A DNA stretch of 64,000 nt from Thermodesulfovibrionales bacterium (GTDB lineage Bacteria; Nitrospirota; Thermodesulfovibrionia; Thermodesulfovibrionales; UBA9159), in the NCBI GenBank assembly GCA_035686305.1, contig DASRZP010000052.1, positions 9,723 to 73,722 of the forward strand, read 5' to 3'. Made by a program: the position numbers and the translations under genes. Each line of letters starts with the position of its first letter. Position 1 is the first letter of the stretch. The notes below the pieces were generated by a model. That model was not told the DNA's origin and did no database searches. It saw only the letters and a program-made list of their open reading frames with translations. Below are positions 26,952 to 34,421 of this stretch, one piece after another.

Positions 26952-27010
26952 ATGCCCCCCAGCCATGATTCTCATGATGTACTTAGTATGCCGCATATGC
27001 AATCCTCTCT

Positions 27011-27517
27011 TCAGTCGGAAGTTATGACCTTTTGATGTATCACCAGCCCGCTATTGTCCTGAACCGTGAGCGTGATAGAGCCGGTTGGGTTTGCCTGTAC
27101 GCAAGCTATCTGGCCATTTCCGGCGGCAACAGACCATAGGCCAATTGCTGGGTTCCATGGTGACTTAAGATTCCTTGCAGGAGGCGGACCAGTCTGTGCC
27201 GCGACATAGGTTGCGCAAACTCCAGCCGTCGCCAATTGGGAATTCATCATGTCATTCACATCTATTACGGTGTCTCCATTTGTATCGGTCTCCCTCCAGC
27301 TTACGGCAACGCCTGACTTCAGGGACGAATGGAGCCACGCCTGGAGTTCCGGCTCGGCAGAGGAAGCGGCTCTTATGATTGAACCCTTCTTCGACCTCTC
27401 CTGCATGCCTATATAGCCTGGAATTGCGATCGCCGCCAGGATGCCGATGATCGCCACAACGATCAGAAGTTCGATCAGGGTGAAGCCTTCGGTCTTATTC
27501 AGGTTCAGTCTATTCAT
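27011..27517 (-). CDS. Type IV pilin, paralogue 2
   Basis: MNRLNLNKTEG/FTLIELLIVVAIIGILAAIAIPGYIGMQERSKKG. Two Cys (GVCATY, IACVQ). Collinear with the upstream pilin, with an identical mature N-terminus and a closely similar C-terminus (SPWNPA.GLW...DNSG.VIH.K.ITSD). Weak SD. Confidence 0.85.
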   Translation of the reverse strand: MNRLNLNKTEGFTLIELLIVVAIIGILAAIAIPGYIGMQERSKKGSIIRAASSAEPELQAWLHSSLKSGVAVSWRETDTNGDTVIDVNDMMNSQLATAGVCATYVAAQTGPPPARNLKSPWNPAIGLWSVAAGNGQIACVQANPTGSITLTVQDNSGLVIHQKVITSD

Positions 27518-27559
27518 GATATCTTTCTTTTCTCTTTTGTATTGAGAGAAGTGTTGAGA

Positions 27560-27600
27560 ATGAAAGCCGGAGAGATTTCGTCATCATCCCCGGCTTTCAT
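27560..27600 (-). terminator. Intercistronic stem-loop between the two pilin paralogues (attenuator or mRNA-stabilising hairpin)
   Basis: ATGAAAGCCGG (27560-27570) pairs with CCGGCTTTCAT (27590-27600): an 11-bp perfect stem with a 19-nt loop. No U-tract follows on the minus strand. Confidence 0.4.
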
Positions 27601-27611
27601 GAATATCTCCA

Positions 27612-28136
27612 CTAGTCGGAGGTTATTATCTTTGTGTGGATGACAACTCCACTGTTGTCCTCTGCCGTCAGCGTGATAGCGCCCGTCAACGCTGGATTCT
27701 GTACACAGGAAATCTGGCCTGGAGCAGGAGCGGCAGCCCAGAGGCCGTTTGCGGGATTCCACGGTGATTTAAGGTTGTGTGCAGGGGCGGCACCGTTTTG
27801 TGCTGCGATATACGTTGTGCAGACACCTGCGGCCGCTAATGCCACGTTTGTCAGATCAGCACCGACTGTTATTGTCCCGTCTCCGTCTGTGTCGTTTTCG
27901 GTGAGGTTGGCTCCCATTCCTGACTTTAATGCTGAGTTAAGCCATGCCTGGAGTTCCGGTTCCGCCGCCGAGGCCGCCCTGATCACGGCACCCTTCTTAG
28001 ACCTCTCCTGCATGCCGATATAGCCCGGAATTGCGATCGCTGCGAGAATTCCGATGATCGCAACAACGATGAGCAATTCAATGAGGGTGAAACCTCTCTC
28101 GTCGCCTTTCTTCATTTTTGATACTGTCCTAAACAT
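27612..28136 (-). CDS. pilA: Type IV pilin, paralogue 1 (likely major pilin)
   Basis: MFRTVSKMKKGDERG/FTLIELLIVVAIIGILAAIAIPGYIGMQERSKKG. Strong SD AAGGAGGAG 6 nt upstream of the ATG. It is the first gene after the sigma-54-type promoter. The symbol is generic only. Confidence 0.85.
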   Translation of the reverse strand: MFRTVSKMKKGDERGFTLIELLIVVAIIGILAAIAIPGYIGMQERSKKGAVIRAASAAEPELQAWLNSALKSGMGANLTENDTDGDGTITVGADLTNVALAAAGVCTTYIAAQNGAAPAHNLKSPWNPANGLWAAAPAPGQISCVQNPALTGAITLTAEDNSGVVIHTKIITSD

Positions 28137-28277
28137 TTTCTACTCCTCCTTATTTCTTAATTCTTTTTCGCAGGCCGAGGCCTGCTGTTCTTGATCCCTT
28201 TGCAGGTGATGCCTGCTTCCCTGTGCTTCTCTGTCACCTCCTTTTCCTCTGATTTCCGCCAATCCGTTTCATCTAAA

Positions 28278-28293
28278 AGCAGGTTCCATGCCA
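28278..28293 (-). promoter_or_regulatory. Sigma-54 (-24/-12) promoter candidate for the pilin operon
   Basis: The minus strand reads TGGCATGGAACCTGCT. GG and GC are in the exact register of the consensus TGGCAC-N5-TTGCW. It lies about 140 nt upstream of the pilin ATG. Confidence 0.6.
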
Positions 28294-28367
28294 GGGAAAT
28301 GACTTCTGAAGACCCTGATTATTGAGCAAAAAACGGGTGAGTCCCAAGCTCAGGCATCATATCTCCT

Positions 28368-28469
28368 GACAAAAACTGTCAAGATTGTCCCAACAAAGTG
28401 ACACGAAAATGACATGTGCGACATCTTCAGGTCTCGTTGTACCAGGAGGGAGGAGATTCCTAAAATGTC
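28368..28469. promoter_or_regulatory. Cluster of TGTC/GACA cores upstream of the sigma-54 promoter (candidate enhancer-binding-protein sites)
   Basis: Seven TGTC/GACA tetramers at 28368, 28377, 28386, 28400, 28411, 28420 and 28466, within about 100 bp. They lie 75-190 bp upstream of the -24/-12 element. Confidence 0.4.
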
Positions 28470-28527
28470 AGGTAAGCCGTCACCAATAGATATACGCAAA
28501 ACATAACATACACATACGTTCTCGTTT

Positions 28528-28550
28528 GTCATGCCGGCTTGTCCGGCATC
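28528..28550 (+). repeat. 23-nt hairpin motif, copy A (left boundary of the GIY-YIG gene)
   Basis: GTCATGCCGGCTTGTCCGGCATC: 7-bp stem ATGCCGG/CCGGCAT, loop CTTGT, followed by TTTCTGA. Confidence 0.8.
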
Positions 28551-28577
28551 TTTCTGATATAACGGCTAAACGGCTAA

Positions 28578-28895
28578 ATGATGGAGAATATATTTGCTGC
28601 TTATATTATGGCTAACGCAAGGCCGACTTTGTATACAGGGGCGACAAATGACCTCATTCGAAGAGTCTATGAGCATAAACACAATCTCGATCCGGGATGC
28701 TTTACAGCCAAGTATCATCTGCATAAGCTCGTTTACTATGAGTTCTGCGGCGATATCCGGAATGCCATTATAAGAGAGAAGCAGATAAAGAATATGACTC
28801 GACAAGACAAGATTGAGCTTATCAGACAGGCGAACCCCACGATGAGGGACTTGTATGAAGACATTTTAGGAGGGATTCCGGACAAGCCGGAATGA
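28578..28895 (+). CDS. GIY-YIG nuclease superfamily protein (single URI domain, 105 aa)
   Basis: The sequence [26 protein letters not shown]...KLVYYE...[10 protein letters not shown] matches the GIY-(x10)-YIG, conserved Arg and Glu pattern of stand-alone GIY-YIG proteins. The last 7 codons lie inside repeat copy B. Confidence 0.8.
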   Translation: MMENIFAAYIMANARPTLYTGATNDLIRRVYEHKHNLDPGCFTAKYHLHKLVYYEFCGDIRNAIIREKQIKNMTRQDKIELIRQANPTMRDLYEDILGGIPDKPE

Positions 28896-28896
28896 C
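28874..28896 (-). repeat. 23-nt hairpin motif, copy B (inverted; right boundary of the GIY-YIG gene)
   Basis: The reverse complement GTCATTCCGGCTTGTCCGGAATC differs from copy A at two positions, which pair with each other in the stem (G:C to T:A). Confidence 0.8.
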
Positions 28897-29019
28897 AAAA
28901 GAGAGGGACTTGCCTACAGGGATCTCTGACGGGGCCCTATTTTCAAACTCTTTATCTTTGTGTCTCTGTGTTTAACCACTTTTCGAGGCTCGGAGATCAC
29001 CCTCCGAGAAAAGTTATCT

Positions 29020-29991
29020 TCATACCGTTACCCCGTCAATTCTCTTCATGCCGGCCTTGAGAGCCAGGTCGATAGCGGCCTTATACTCCTTGTTCGTTAT
29101 CCTCCTGTCGAGGGGAGGGTTCTCATATGCCTTATAACAGGGATGATACTGGTCCATAATATTAAGGTAAGTATTCCGTGAGATCTCTTCTGAAAGGAAG
29201 CGCACGATCTCTTCCGTTCCGGCACCGTTCTCCGGCAGGACGAGATGCCTGACGAGGAGCCCTCTCTTCGCGATCCCCCTCTCATCGATGATCAGATCCC
29301 CCACCTGCCTGTGCATCTCTCTGATTGCCGCCTTCGCTGCTTCCGGATAATCCCTTGCCTTTGAATACCTCAGCGCCGTGGCTGCGTCGGCATATTTGAT
29401 ATCAGGCATGTAGATGTCAATGACGCCGTCAAGGATTGAGAGCGCCTCCGGGGATTCATACCCGCCGCAGTTGTAGACGACCGGCAGCGATAATCCCTGG
29501 TCCCGGGCGAGCGCAAGAGACCTGAGGATCATCGGCATCTGATGGGTAGGCGTCACGAGATTGATGTTGTGACATCCCATGTCCTGAAGACCGACCATGA
29601 TCGCAGCGAGTCTTTCGAAGGAGACCTCGGCACCTTCCCCCTCATGGCTGATGGTCCAGTTCTGGCAAAAGATGCAGCCGAGGTTACAGAAACTGAAAAA
29701 AATGGTACCCGAGCCGAATCTTCCGACGAGGGGTCTCTCTTCCCCGAAGTGCGGGCCCCAGCTTGCTACGAAAGGTTTATTAAGGACCCTGCAGAAACCA
29801 TTCTCACCCGCGGTCCTGTCAACATGGCATCTCCTCGGACAGAGCACACATTCTTTCAGGAGTTCTTCTGCATCAAGAATTTTCTCGTTCAGTTCTTCGG
29901 CGGATATCTTCAGGTAGCCGACCATTTCATTATGATAACAGAAAGATTGCGGCGCAAAGCAAAGGGTTGAGCTCCTCGTCGGATATCTCAT
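29020..29991 (-). CDS. Radical SAM protein (PflX-like, pyruvate formate-lyase-activase-related family)
   Basis: CxxxCxxC cluster motif FCNLGCIFCQNW. An N-terminal CPRRCHVDRTAGENGFC motif is typical of this family. The true start is probably the internal ATG at 29925 (MVGYLKISAEEL...). Confidence 0.75.
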   Translation of the reverse strand: MRYPTRSSTLCFAPQSFCYHNEMVGYLKISAEELNEKILDAEELLKECVLCPRRCHVDRTAGENGFCRVLNKPFVASWGPHFGEERPLVGRFGSGTIFFSFCNLGCIFCQNWTISHEGEGAEVSFERLAAIMVGLQDMGCHNINLVTPTHQMPMILRSLALARDQGLSLPVVYNCGGYESPEALSILDGVIDIYMPDIKYADAATALRYSKARDYPEAAKAAIREMHRQVGDLIIDERGIAKRGLLVRHLVLPENGAGTEEIVRFLSEEISRNTYLNIMDQYHPCYKAYENPPLDRRITNKEYKAAIDLALKAGMKRIDGVTV

Positions 29992-30109
29992 GGAAGAATA
30001 CGAGAAGGAGTGAACCTTAAGGCTGCTGGCTCCTGCCGGTCGCGTATCCCGCGCTTTGGCAAAGTTTTACCTGTTTGTGGTAGATTAAATAAAAATTCCC
30101 GGAGGTTCC

Positions 30110-31357
30110 ATGCTCAAGGCCGTCGAAGATATCAGCACAACGAGAAAACGCCTGAAGATAGAGATTCCGGCCGACGCCCTCGAAAGCGAGATCAAGGGTT
30201 CCCTTGAAGAGGTAAAGAAGACAACGACTCTTCCGGGCTTCAGAACCGGCAAGGCGCCGATGACGCTCATCGAGAAAAGGTTCGGCAAGAAGGTTGAAGG
30301 AGAGGTGCTCGACAGGGTGATCCCCAAGGTCTATGTGGATGCCTTGAAAGAGGCCGACATTACACCGGTCACCGACCCTGTGCTGGAGGAAGGGATAGAT
30401 TTCAAGAGGAACCAGCCCCTCACCATGACCTTTACCGTGGATGTTATGCCGAAGATCGGGGACCTTGCCTACGAGAAGATGAGCGTAAAGGATATTCCGG
30501 TCTCAGTGGATAACGGTGATATCGATGGCGTACTCAAGAGATCTCAGGATGAGAAGGCTACCTACGATCCCTCGGAAGGGCCGATAGACATGAATGACCT
30601 TCTCTCTCTTGATTACGCAACCCTTGACGGAGAGGTTGACGTCAAGGACCAGATCTACAAGGTGGGCGGCAGTCTTTTCCCCGAGGACTTCTTTCAGAAA
30701 CTCTTGGGAAACAAGAAGGGTGATACCCTGACGATAGAGACGACATTCCCCGATGACCATCTGTCCGAGAAGCTCGCCGGCAAGCACGTGACCCTGGAGG
30801 TCGTTATCAATGACGTCAAGAAAGTGCGTCTTCCTGATATGGATGATGAATTCGCAAAGGATATGGGTTTCGACAATCTCGGAGCCCTGAAGGACCACGT
30901 CCGAGAGGAGATACTGAAGGCCAAGAAGAACGAAGTGGCGAAGATACAGAAGGCTGAGATCATAAGGAAACTCCTCGAGGCCCATGAGTTTGATGTCCCC
31001 GAATCCCTGCTCGAAAGCGAACTCGATCTTCTCGCGTCGAGCAGGCACATGAAGAAGGAGCAGGAGTCTGATGACGATGAGGAGATAAAAGAGAAGTTGA
31101 GACCGGATGCCCTCAGGAATGTGAGAGGTTCACTGCTTCTCGCGGCGATTGGGAAGAAGGAGAAGGTGTCGGTGAGTGATGAGGATCTGAAGAGCGCCAT
31201 CCTCTCGATGTCGAGGAGGTTCGGTGTCCCTCCTGAAAGTCTGATGAAGTTCTATATTTCGAGGGACGGTTCCCTTGAAGGCCTGAAGAATTCCCTCTTC
31301 GAGGACAAGGTCCTCGACCTGATCCTCTCGAAAGCGGCTCTGGAGAAAGGAGAATAA
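30110..31357 (+). CDS. tig: Trigger factor
   Basis: [25 protein letters not shown]...[10 protein letters not shown] signature. It sits immediately upstream of clpP-clpX, the canonical order. Confidence 0.95.
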   Translation: MLKAVEDISTTRKRLKIEIPADALESEIKGSLEEVKKTTTLPGFRTGKAPMTLIEKRFGKKVEGEVLDRVIPKVYVDALKEADITPVTDPVLEEGIDFKRNQPLTMTFTVDVMPKIGDLAYEKMSVKDIPVSVDNGDIDGVLKRSQDEKATYDPSEGPIDMNDLLSLDYATLDGEVDVKDQIYKVGGSLFPEDFFQKLLGNKKGDTLTIETTFPDDHLSEKLAGKHVTLEVVINDVKKVRLPDMDDEFAKDMGFDNLGALKDHVREEILKAKKNEVAKIQKAEIIRKLLEAHEFDVPESLLESELDLLASSRHMKKEQESDDDEEIKEKLRPDALRNVRGSLLLAAIGKKEKVSVSDEDLKSAILSMSRRFGVPPESLMKFYISRDGSLEGLKNSLFEDKVLDLILSKAALEKGE

Positions 31358-31358
31358 G

Positions 31359-31955
31359 GTGAGTTTGATTCCGATTGTGATAGAGCAGACAGGACGCACT
31401 GAAAGGGCCTATGATATCTATTCGAGGCTCTTAAAGGACAGAATAATCTTTATGGGCACGGCAATTGACGACAACGTGGCGAACACGGTCATTGCGCAGT
31501 TGCTCTTTCTCCAGACGGAGGACCCTGACAAGGATATCCACCTCTACATTAATTCTCCGGGAGGAATCGTGACCTCAGGCCTGGCGATCTACGACACCAT
31601 GCAGTATGTGAAGTCCGACATTGCGACCTATTGTATCGGGCAGGCTGCGAGCATGGGAGCATTGTTGCTTGCCGCGGGAACGAAGGGAAAGCGCTTTGCA
31701 CTGCCGAATGCCAGGATCATGATCCACCAGCCCATGGGGGGCTTTCAGGGCCAGGCGACGGACATCGAAATACATGCGCGAGAGATATTGAGAATAAAGG
31801 AGACATTGAACAATATCCTTGCGTCCCACACTGAGCAGCCTATCGAGAAGATACAGGCTGACACCGACCGCGATTTTTTCATGTCAGGACAAGAGGCGAA
31901 GGAATACGGGATCGTGGATGAGGTGATCCGCAGTGTTACGAAAAAAGGGAAGTAG
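31359..31955 (+). CDS. clpP: ATP-dependent Clp protease proteolytic subunit
   Basis: GTG start. [17 protein letters not shown]...INSPGG...[11 protein letters not shown]...IMIHQP includes the catalytic Ser/His context. Confidence 0.97.
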   Translation: MSLIPIVIEQTGRTERAYDIYSRLLKDRIIFMGTAIDDNVANTVIAQLLFLQTEDPDKDIHLYINSPGGIVTSGLAIYDTMQYVKSDIATYCIGQAASMGALLLAAGTKGKRFALPNARIMIHQPMGGFQGQATDIEIHAREILRIKETLNNILASHTEQPIEKIQADTDRDFFMSGQEAKEYGIVDEVIRSVTKKGK

Positions 31956-32044
31956 GCAGGAGTGATGAGCGACAAGCGGTCAGGGAGGAGGTGGCTCTTT
32001 TCCGGCTGCTTCCTTGGCGCTACCAATTTATCTCACGGAGGAGC

Positions 32045-33295
32045 ATGATGGCCAAGAAAGAGAAAGACGACGCGAAACTCAAGTGTTCATTCTGCGGTAA
32101 GGGACAGGATGAGGTCAAGAAACTCATTGCGGGCCCGACCGTTTACATATGTGACGAATGTGTCGAGCTCTGCAACGATATCATTGCCGAGGAACTTTAC
32201 ACCGAGACCGCCGCACATGCTCTGCCGAAGCTCCCGACGCCGAAGGAGATCCATCAGTTCCTGAACGATTACGTCATCGGACAGGACCGTGCAAAGAAGA
32301 TCCTCTCTGTTGCCGTTCACAACCACTATAAGAGGATCTATTGTCCTGATACCTCCGATATCGAACTCCAGAAGAGCAACATCCTCCTCATAGGACCGAC
32401 GGGTACGGGAAAGACGCTCCTTGCCCAGACCCTAGCGCGGCTTCTTGATGTGCCCTTCACCATAGCCGATGCAACTACCCTCACCGAGGCGGGTTATGTG
32501 GGAGAAGATGTCGAGAACATCATTCTCAAGCTCCTCCAGGCATCCGATTTCGATGTGGAGAGGGCGCAGAGGGGCATTGTCTACATCGACGAAATAGACA
32601 AGATCAGCAGAAAATCAGAGAACCCCTCCATAACGAGGGACGTCTCAGGCGAAGGTGTGCAGCAGGCGCTCCTGAAGATCATCGAGGGAACGACGGCGAG
32701 CATCCCGCCGCAGGGGGGGAGGAAGCATCCCCAGCAGGAGTTTATCCAGGTCGATACCTCGAATATCCTCTTTATCTGTGGCGGAGCCTTTGTGGGGCTC
32801 GATGACATCGTGGGACAGCGGATCGGAAAGAAGACCCTCGGTTTCGGCGCCGAGGTTGTCGGGAAAAAGGAGAAGAAGATCGGGAATGTCCTCAGCCATA
32901 TTGAACCCGAGGACCTCATCAAGTACGGCTTGATCCCTGAGTTTGTCGGACGGATGCCTGTTGTGGCCCTGCTCGAAGAACTCGATGAGGCCGCTCTCGT
33001 CAAGATCCTCACGGAGCCCAAGAATTCCCTTATCAAACAGTATCAGAAGCTTCTCTCCTTTGATAATGTGAGGCTGAGGTTCACGGAGGGCGCCCTTGCG
33101 GCTATTGCGAAGAAGGCGATAACGAGGAAGACCGGCGCGAGGGGACTGCGCGCAATCCTCGAAGAGGTCATGCTCGATGTGATGTATGAGGTGCCTTCGC
33201 AGATGGGCATCAAGGAATGCCTGGTGAATGAAGAGACGATCGAGAAGAAGGAACGGCCTATCCTCGTCTATGAGAAGCAGGCTGAATCGGCATAA
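32045..33295 (+). CDS. clpX: ATP-dependent Clp protease ATP-binding subunit ClpX
   Basis: Zinc-finger CSFCGK...CDECV, Walker A GPTGTGKT, and the IYIDEIDKI motif. The start is set at the ATG after GGAGGA (32037-32042), not at the ORF-track start 31991. Confidence 0.95.
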   Translation: MMAKKEKDDAKLKCSFCGKGQDEVKKLIAGPTVYICDECVELCNDIIAEELYTETAAHALPKLPTPKEIHQFLNDYVIGQDRAKKILSVAVHNHYKRIYCPDTSDIELQKSNILLIGPTGTGKTLLAQTLARLLDVPFTIADATTLTEAGYVGEDVENIILKLLQASDFDVERAQRGIVYIDEIDKISRKSENPSITRDVSGEGVQQALLKIIEGTTASIPPQGGRKHPQQEFIQVDTSNILFICGGAFVGLDDIVGQRIGKKTLGFGAEVVGKKEKKIGNVLSHIEPEDLIKYGLIPEFVGRMPVVALLEELDEAALVKILTEPKNSLIKQYQKLLSFDNVRLRFTEGALAAIAKKAITRKTGARGLRAILEEVMLDVMYEVPSQMGIKECLVNEETIEKKERPILVYEKQAESA

Positions 33296-33549
33296 GACAG
33301 ACCATTCTTGTTGATTGGTTATCTGGCCGGGACCGGAATTTTATGGATTATGGCTCCGACCGTTCATCCGTCTTCTCTTCGGGGCCGGCATCCGCTTCTC
33401 GTCAAGAGAATAGCTCTTTGTGATTGTTCCGACCATATAATCCTAATGACGATCTGTCCTGCAGCGGCGCTTATGGTCCGCATGAGCGGACAGGCAAACA
33501 ACCCGGACTTCTTGCCTGCGAATCGGACGTCGGCCCCGAATTTTGCGGA

Positions 33550-34023
33550 TTATATGTCATAGGGGCGAGATCTTTCTTTATCGCTTACCCTCGAAGAAAA
33601 GGCCTTCCCCATCGCCTTTCTGATGCTTTCCTTTAACCCAGGGTCTTCGAGTTCCGAGACGGTCTCTTCAATAAAGGAGAGCGTATCACTGTCTAGGGAC
33701 TTCTCTCTTTTCGCCTTCCGAGGCCGGGACCTGATATTCTTCTCGATCCGTATCGTGCCAAGCCTGAAACGGATATCCCTTACATCAAAGGGACCGAGTT
33801 TTTTCAGGATATCAGGTTTGTAAAAACTGATCTGCTGGAGCCACACCGGCGAGTCCACGGTTATGAGAAGTTCGCCTTCCTTGAGGGACGACGGAGACAT
33901 GTGGAGGGAGAGAGGCTCTCCAAAGAGCGTCGGCCAGGCTCTCTTCAACTCTTCAAGCTTGAGCGCTCCTTCTATCCCGAGACTCTTGACAAAAGGGGAG
34001 AGGACGGCGCCGACTCTCTTCAC
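33550..34023 (-). CDS. DUF721/DciA-like protein
   Basis: [51 protein letters not shown] is the typical DUF721 core. A GTG at 34023-34021 overlaps the rpmB stop (GTGA), so it is the preferred start. The ORF is open to 34065. Confidence 0.65.
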   Translation of the reverse strand: MKRVGAVLSPFVKSLGIEGALKLEELKRAWPTLFGEPLSLHMSPSSLKEGELLITVDSPVWLQQISFYKPDILKKLGPFDVRDIRFRLGTIRIEKNIRSRPRKAKREKSLDSDTLSFIEETVSELEDPGLKESIRKAMGKAFSSRVSDKERSRPYDI

Positions 34024-34208
34024 ACCGCTTTCTTGACAAGTCCTGACCTGAGACACCTCGTGCACACATACTCACGTCTTGTGCCGTGATTGGTCTCGAT
34101 GCGGGTCCTCTGGAGATTGGGAGATATCTCCCGCTTTGTCCTGTTGTTTGCATGACTCACATTGTTCCCCACGATTTTCCCTTTGCCGCAGGCAAAACAC
34201 TTTGCCAT
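34020..34208 (-). CDS. rpmB: 50S ribosomal protein L28 (Cys-containing, Zn-ribbon type)
   Basis: [33 protein letters not shown]...; 62 aa. Confidence 0.9.
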   Translation of the reverse strand: MAKCFACGKGKIVGNNVSHANNRTKREISPNLQRTRIETNHGTRREYVCTRCLRSGLVKKAV

Positions 34209-34421
34209 TTGAGTAACCTCCTCTTCCTCTTTATCCTTCGTCCGATTCTCTCACTCGGACCGACCGTCATGGCTAGCCGCCGGATGGTGCTCGCTGATCT
34301 GTCGTCGATGACGCAAATTGCATTAAAGAACGCGTTTATGATAACATTTTAGTTCAGAGGTTACAAGTAGAACGTTCCTCGTTCTATTTTCCGGCGGTTT
34401 TGGAATGGAGGTCTTCTATAG

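Larger units (their letters stand above)
28528..28896 (+). mobile_element. Candidate small mobile cassette: a GIY-YIG gene bounded by inverted copies of the 23-nt hairpin motif
   Basis: Copies A (28528-28550) and B (28874-28896, inverted) flank the 318-nt GIY-YIG ORF. A gene-less A/B-type pair occurs at 46616-46673. Confidence 0.4.

Noticed and set aside
28350-28532. 60-aa minus-strand ORF in the pilin upstream region, plus the 82-aa ORF at 27514-27762 and the 129-aa ORF at 27634-28023.
   Set aside because: They overlap the promoter/UAS region, the intercistronic hairpin or the antisense strand of the pilin genes. None has an SD or a motif.
28989-29008. Stem-loop CTCGGAG-ATCACC-CTCCGAG between the GIY-YIG gene and the convergent radical SAM gene, considered as a terminator.
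   Set aside because: The 7-bp stem is real, but no U-tract follows it on either strand. I left it uncalled.
31965-32048. 27-codon upstream ORF ([12 protein letters not shown]...) ending in an ATGA overlap with the clpX start, and the longer ORF-track clpX start at 31991.
   Set aside because: It has no conservation signal I can assess. The ClpX N-terminus MMAKKEKDD...CSFCGK, preceded by GGAGGA, is the conventional start. The uORF may be fortuitous.
33296-33549. 254-nt spacer between the convergent clpX and dciA-like genes, with the ORFs 33308-33562 and 33424-33636. I checked it for tRNA or small-RNA features.
   Set aside because: I found no tRNA-like T-arm or acceptor pattern and no clear terminator. 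The ORFs lack an SD and motifs. There are some nested stems (CTGTCC...GGACAG), but nothing I can classify. A covariance-model scan would be the proper test.
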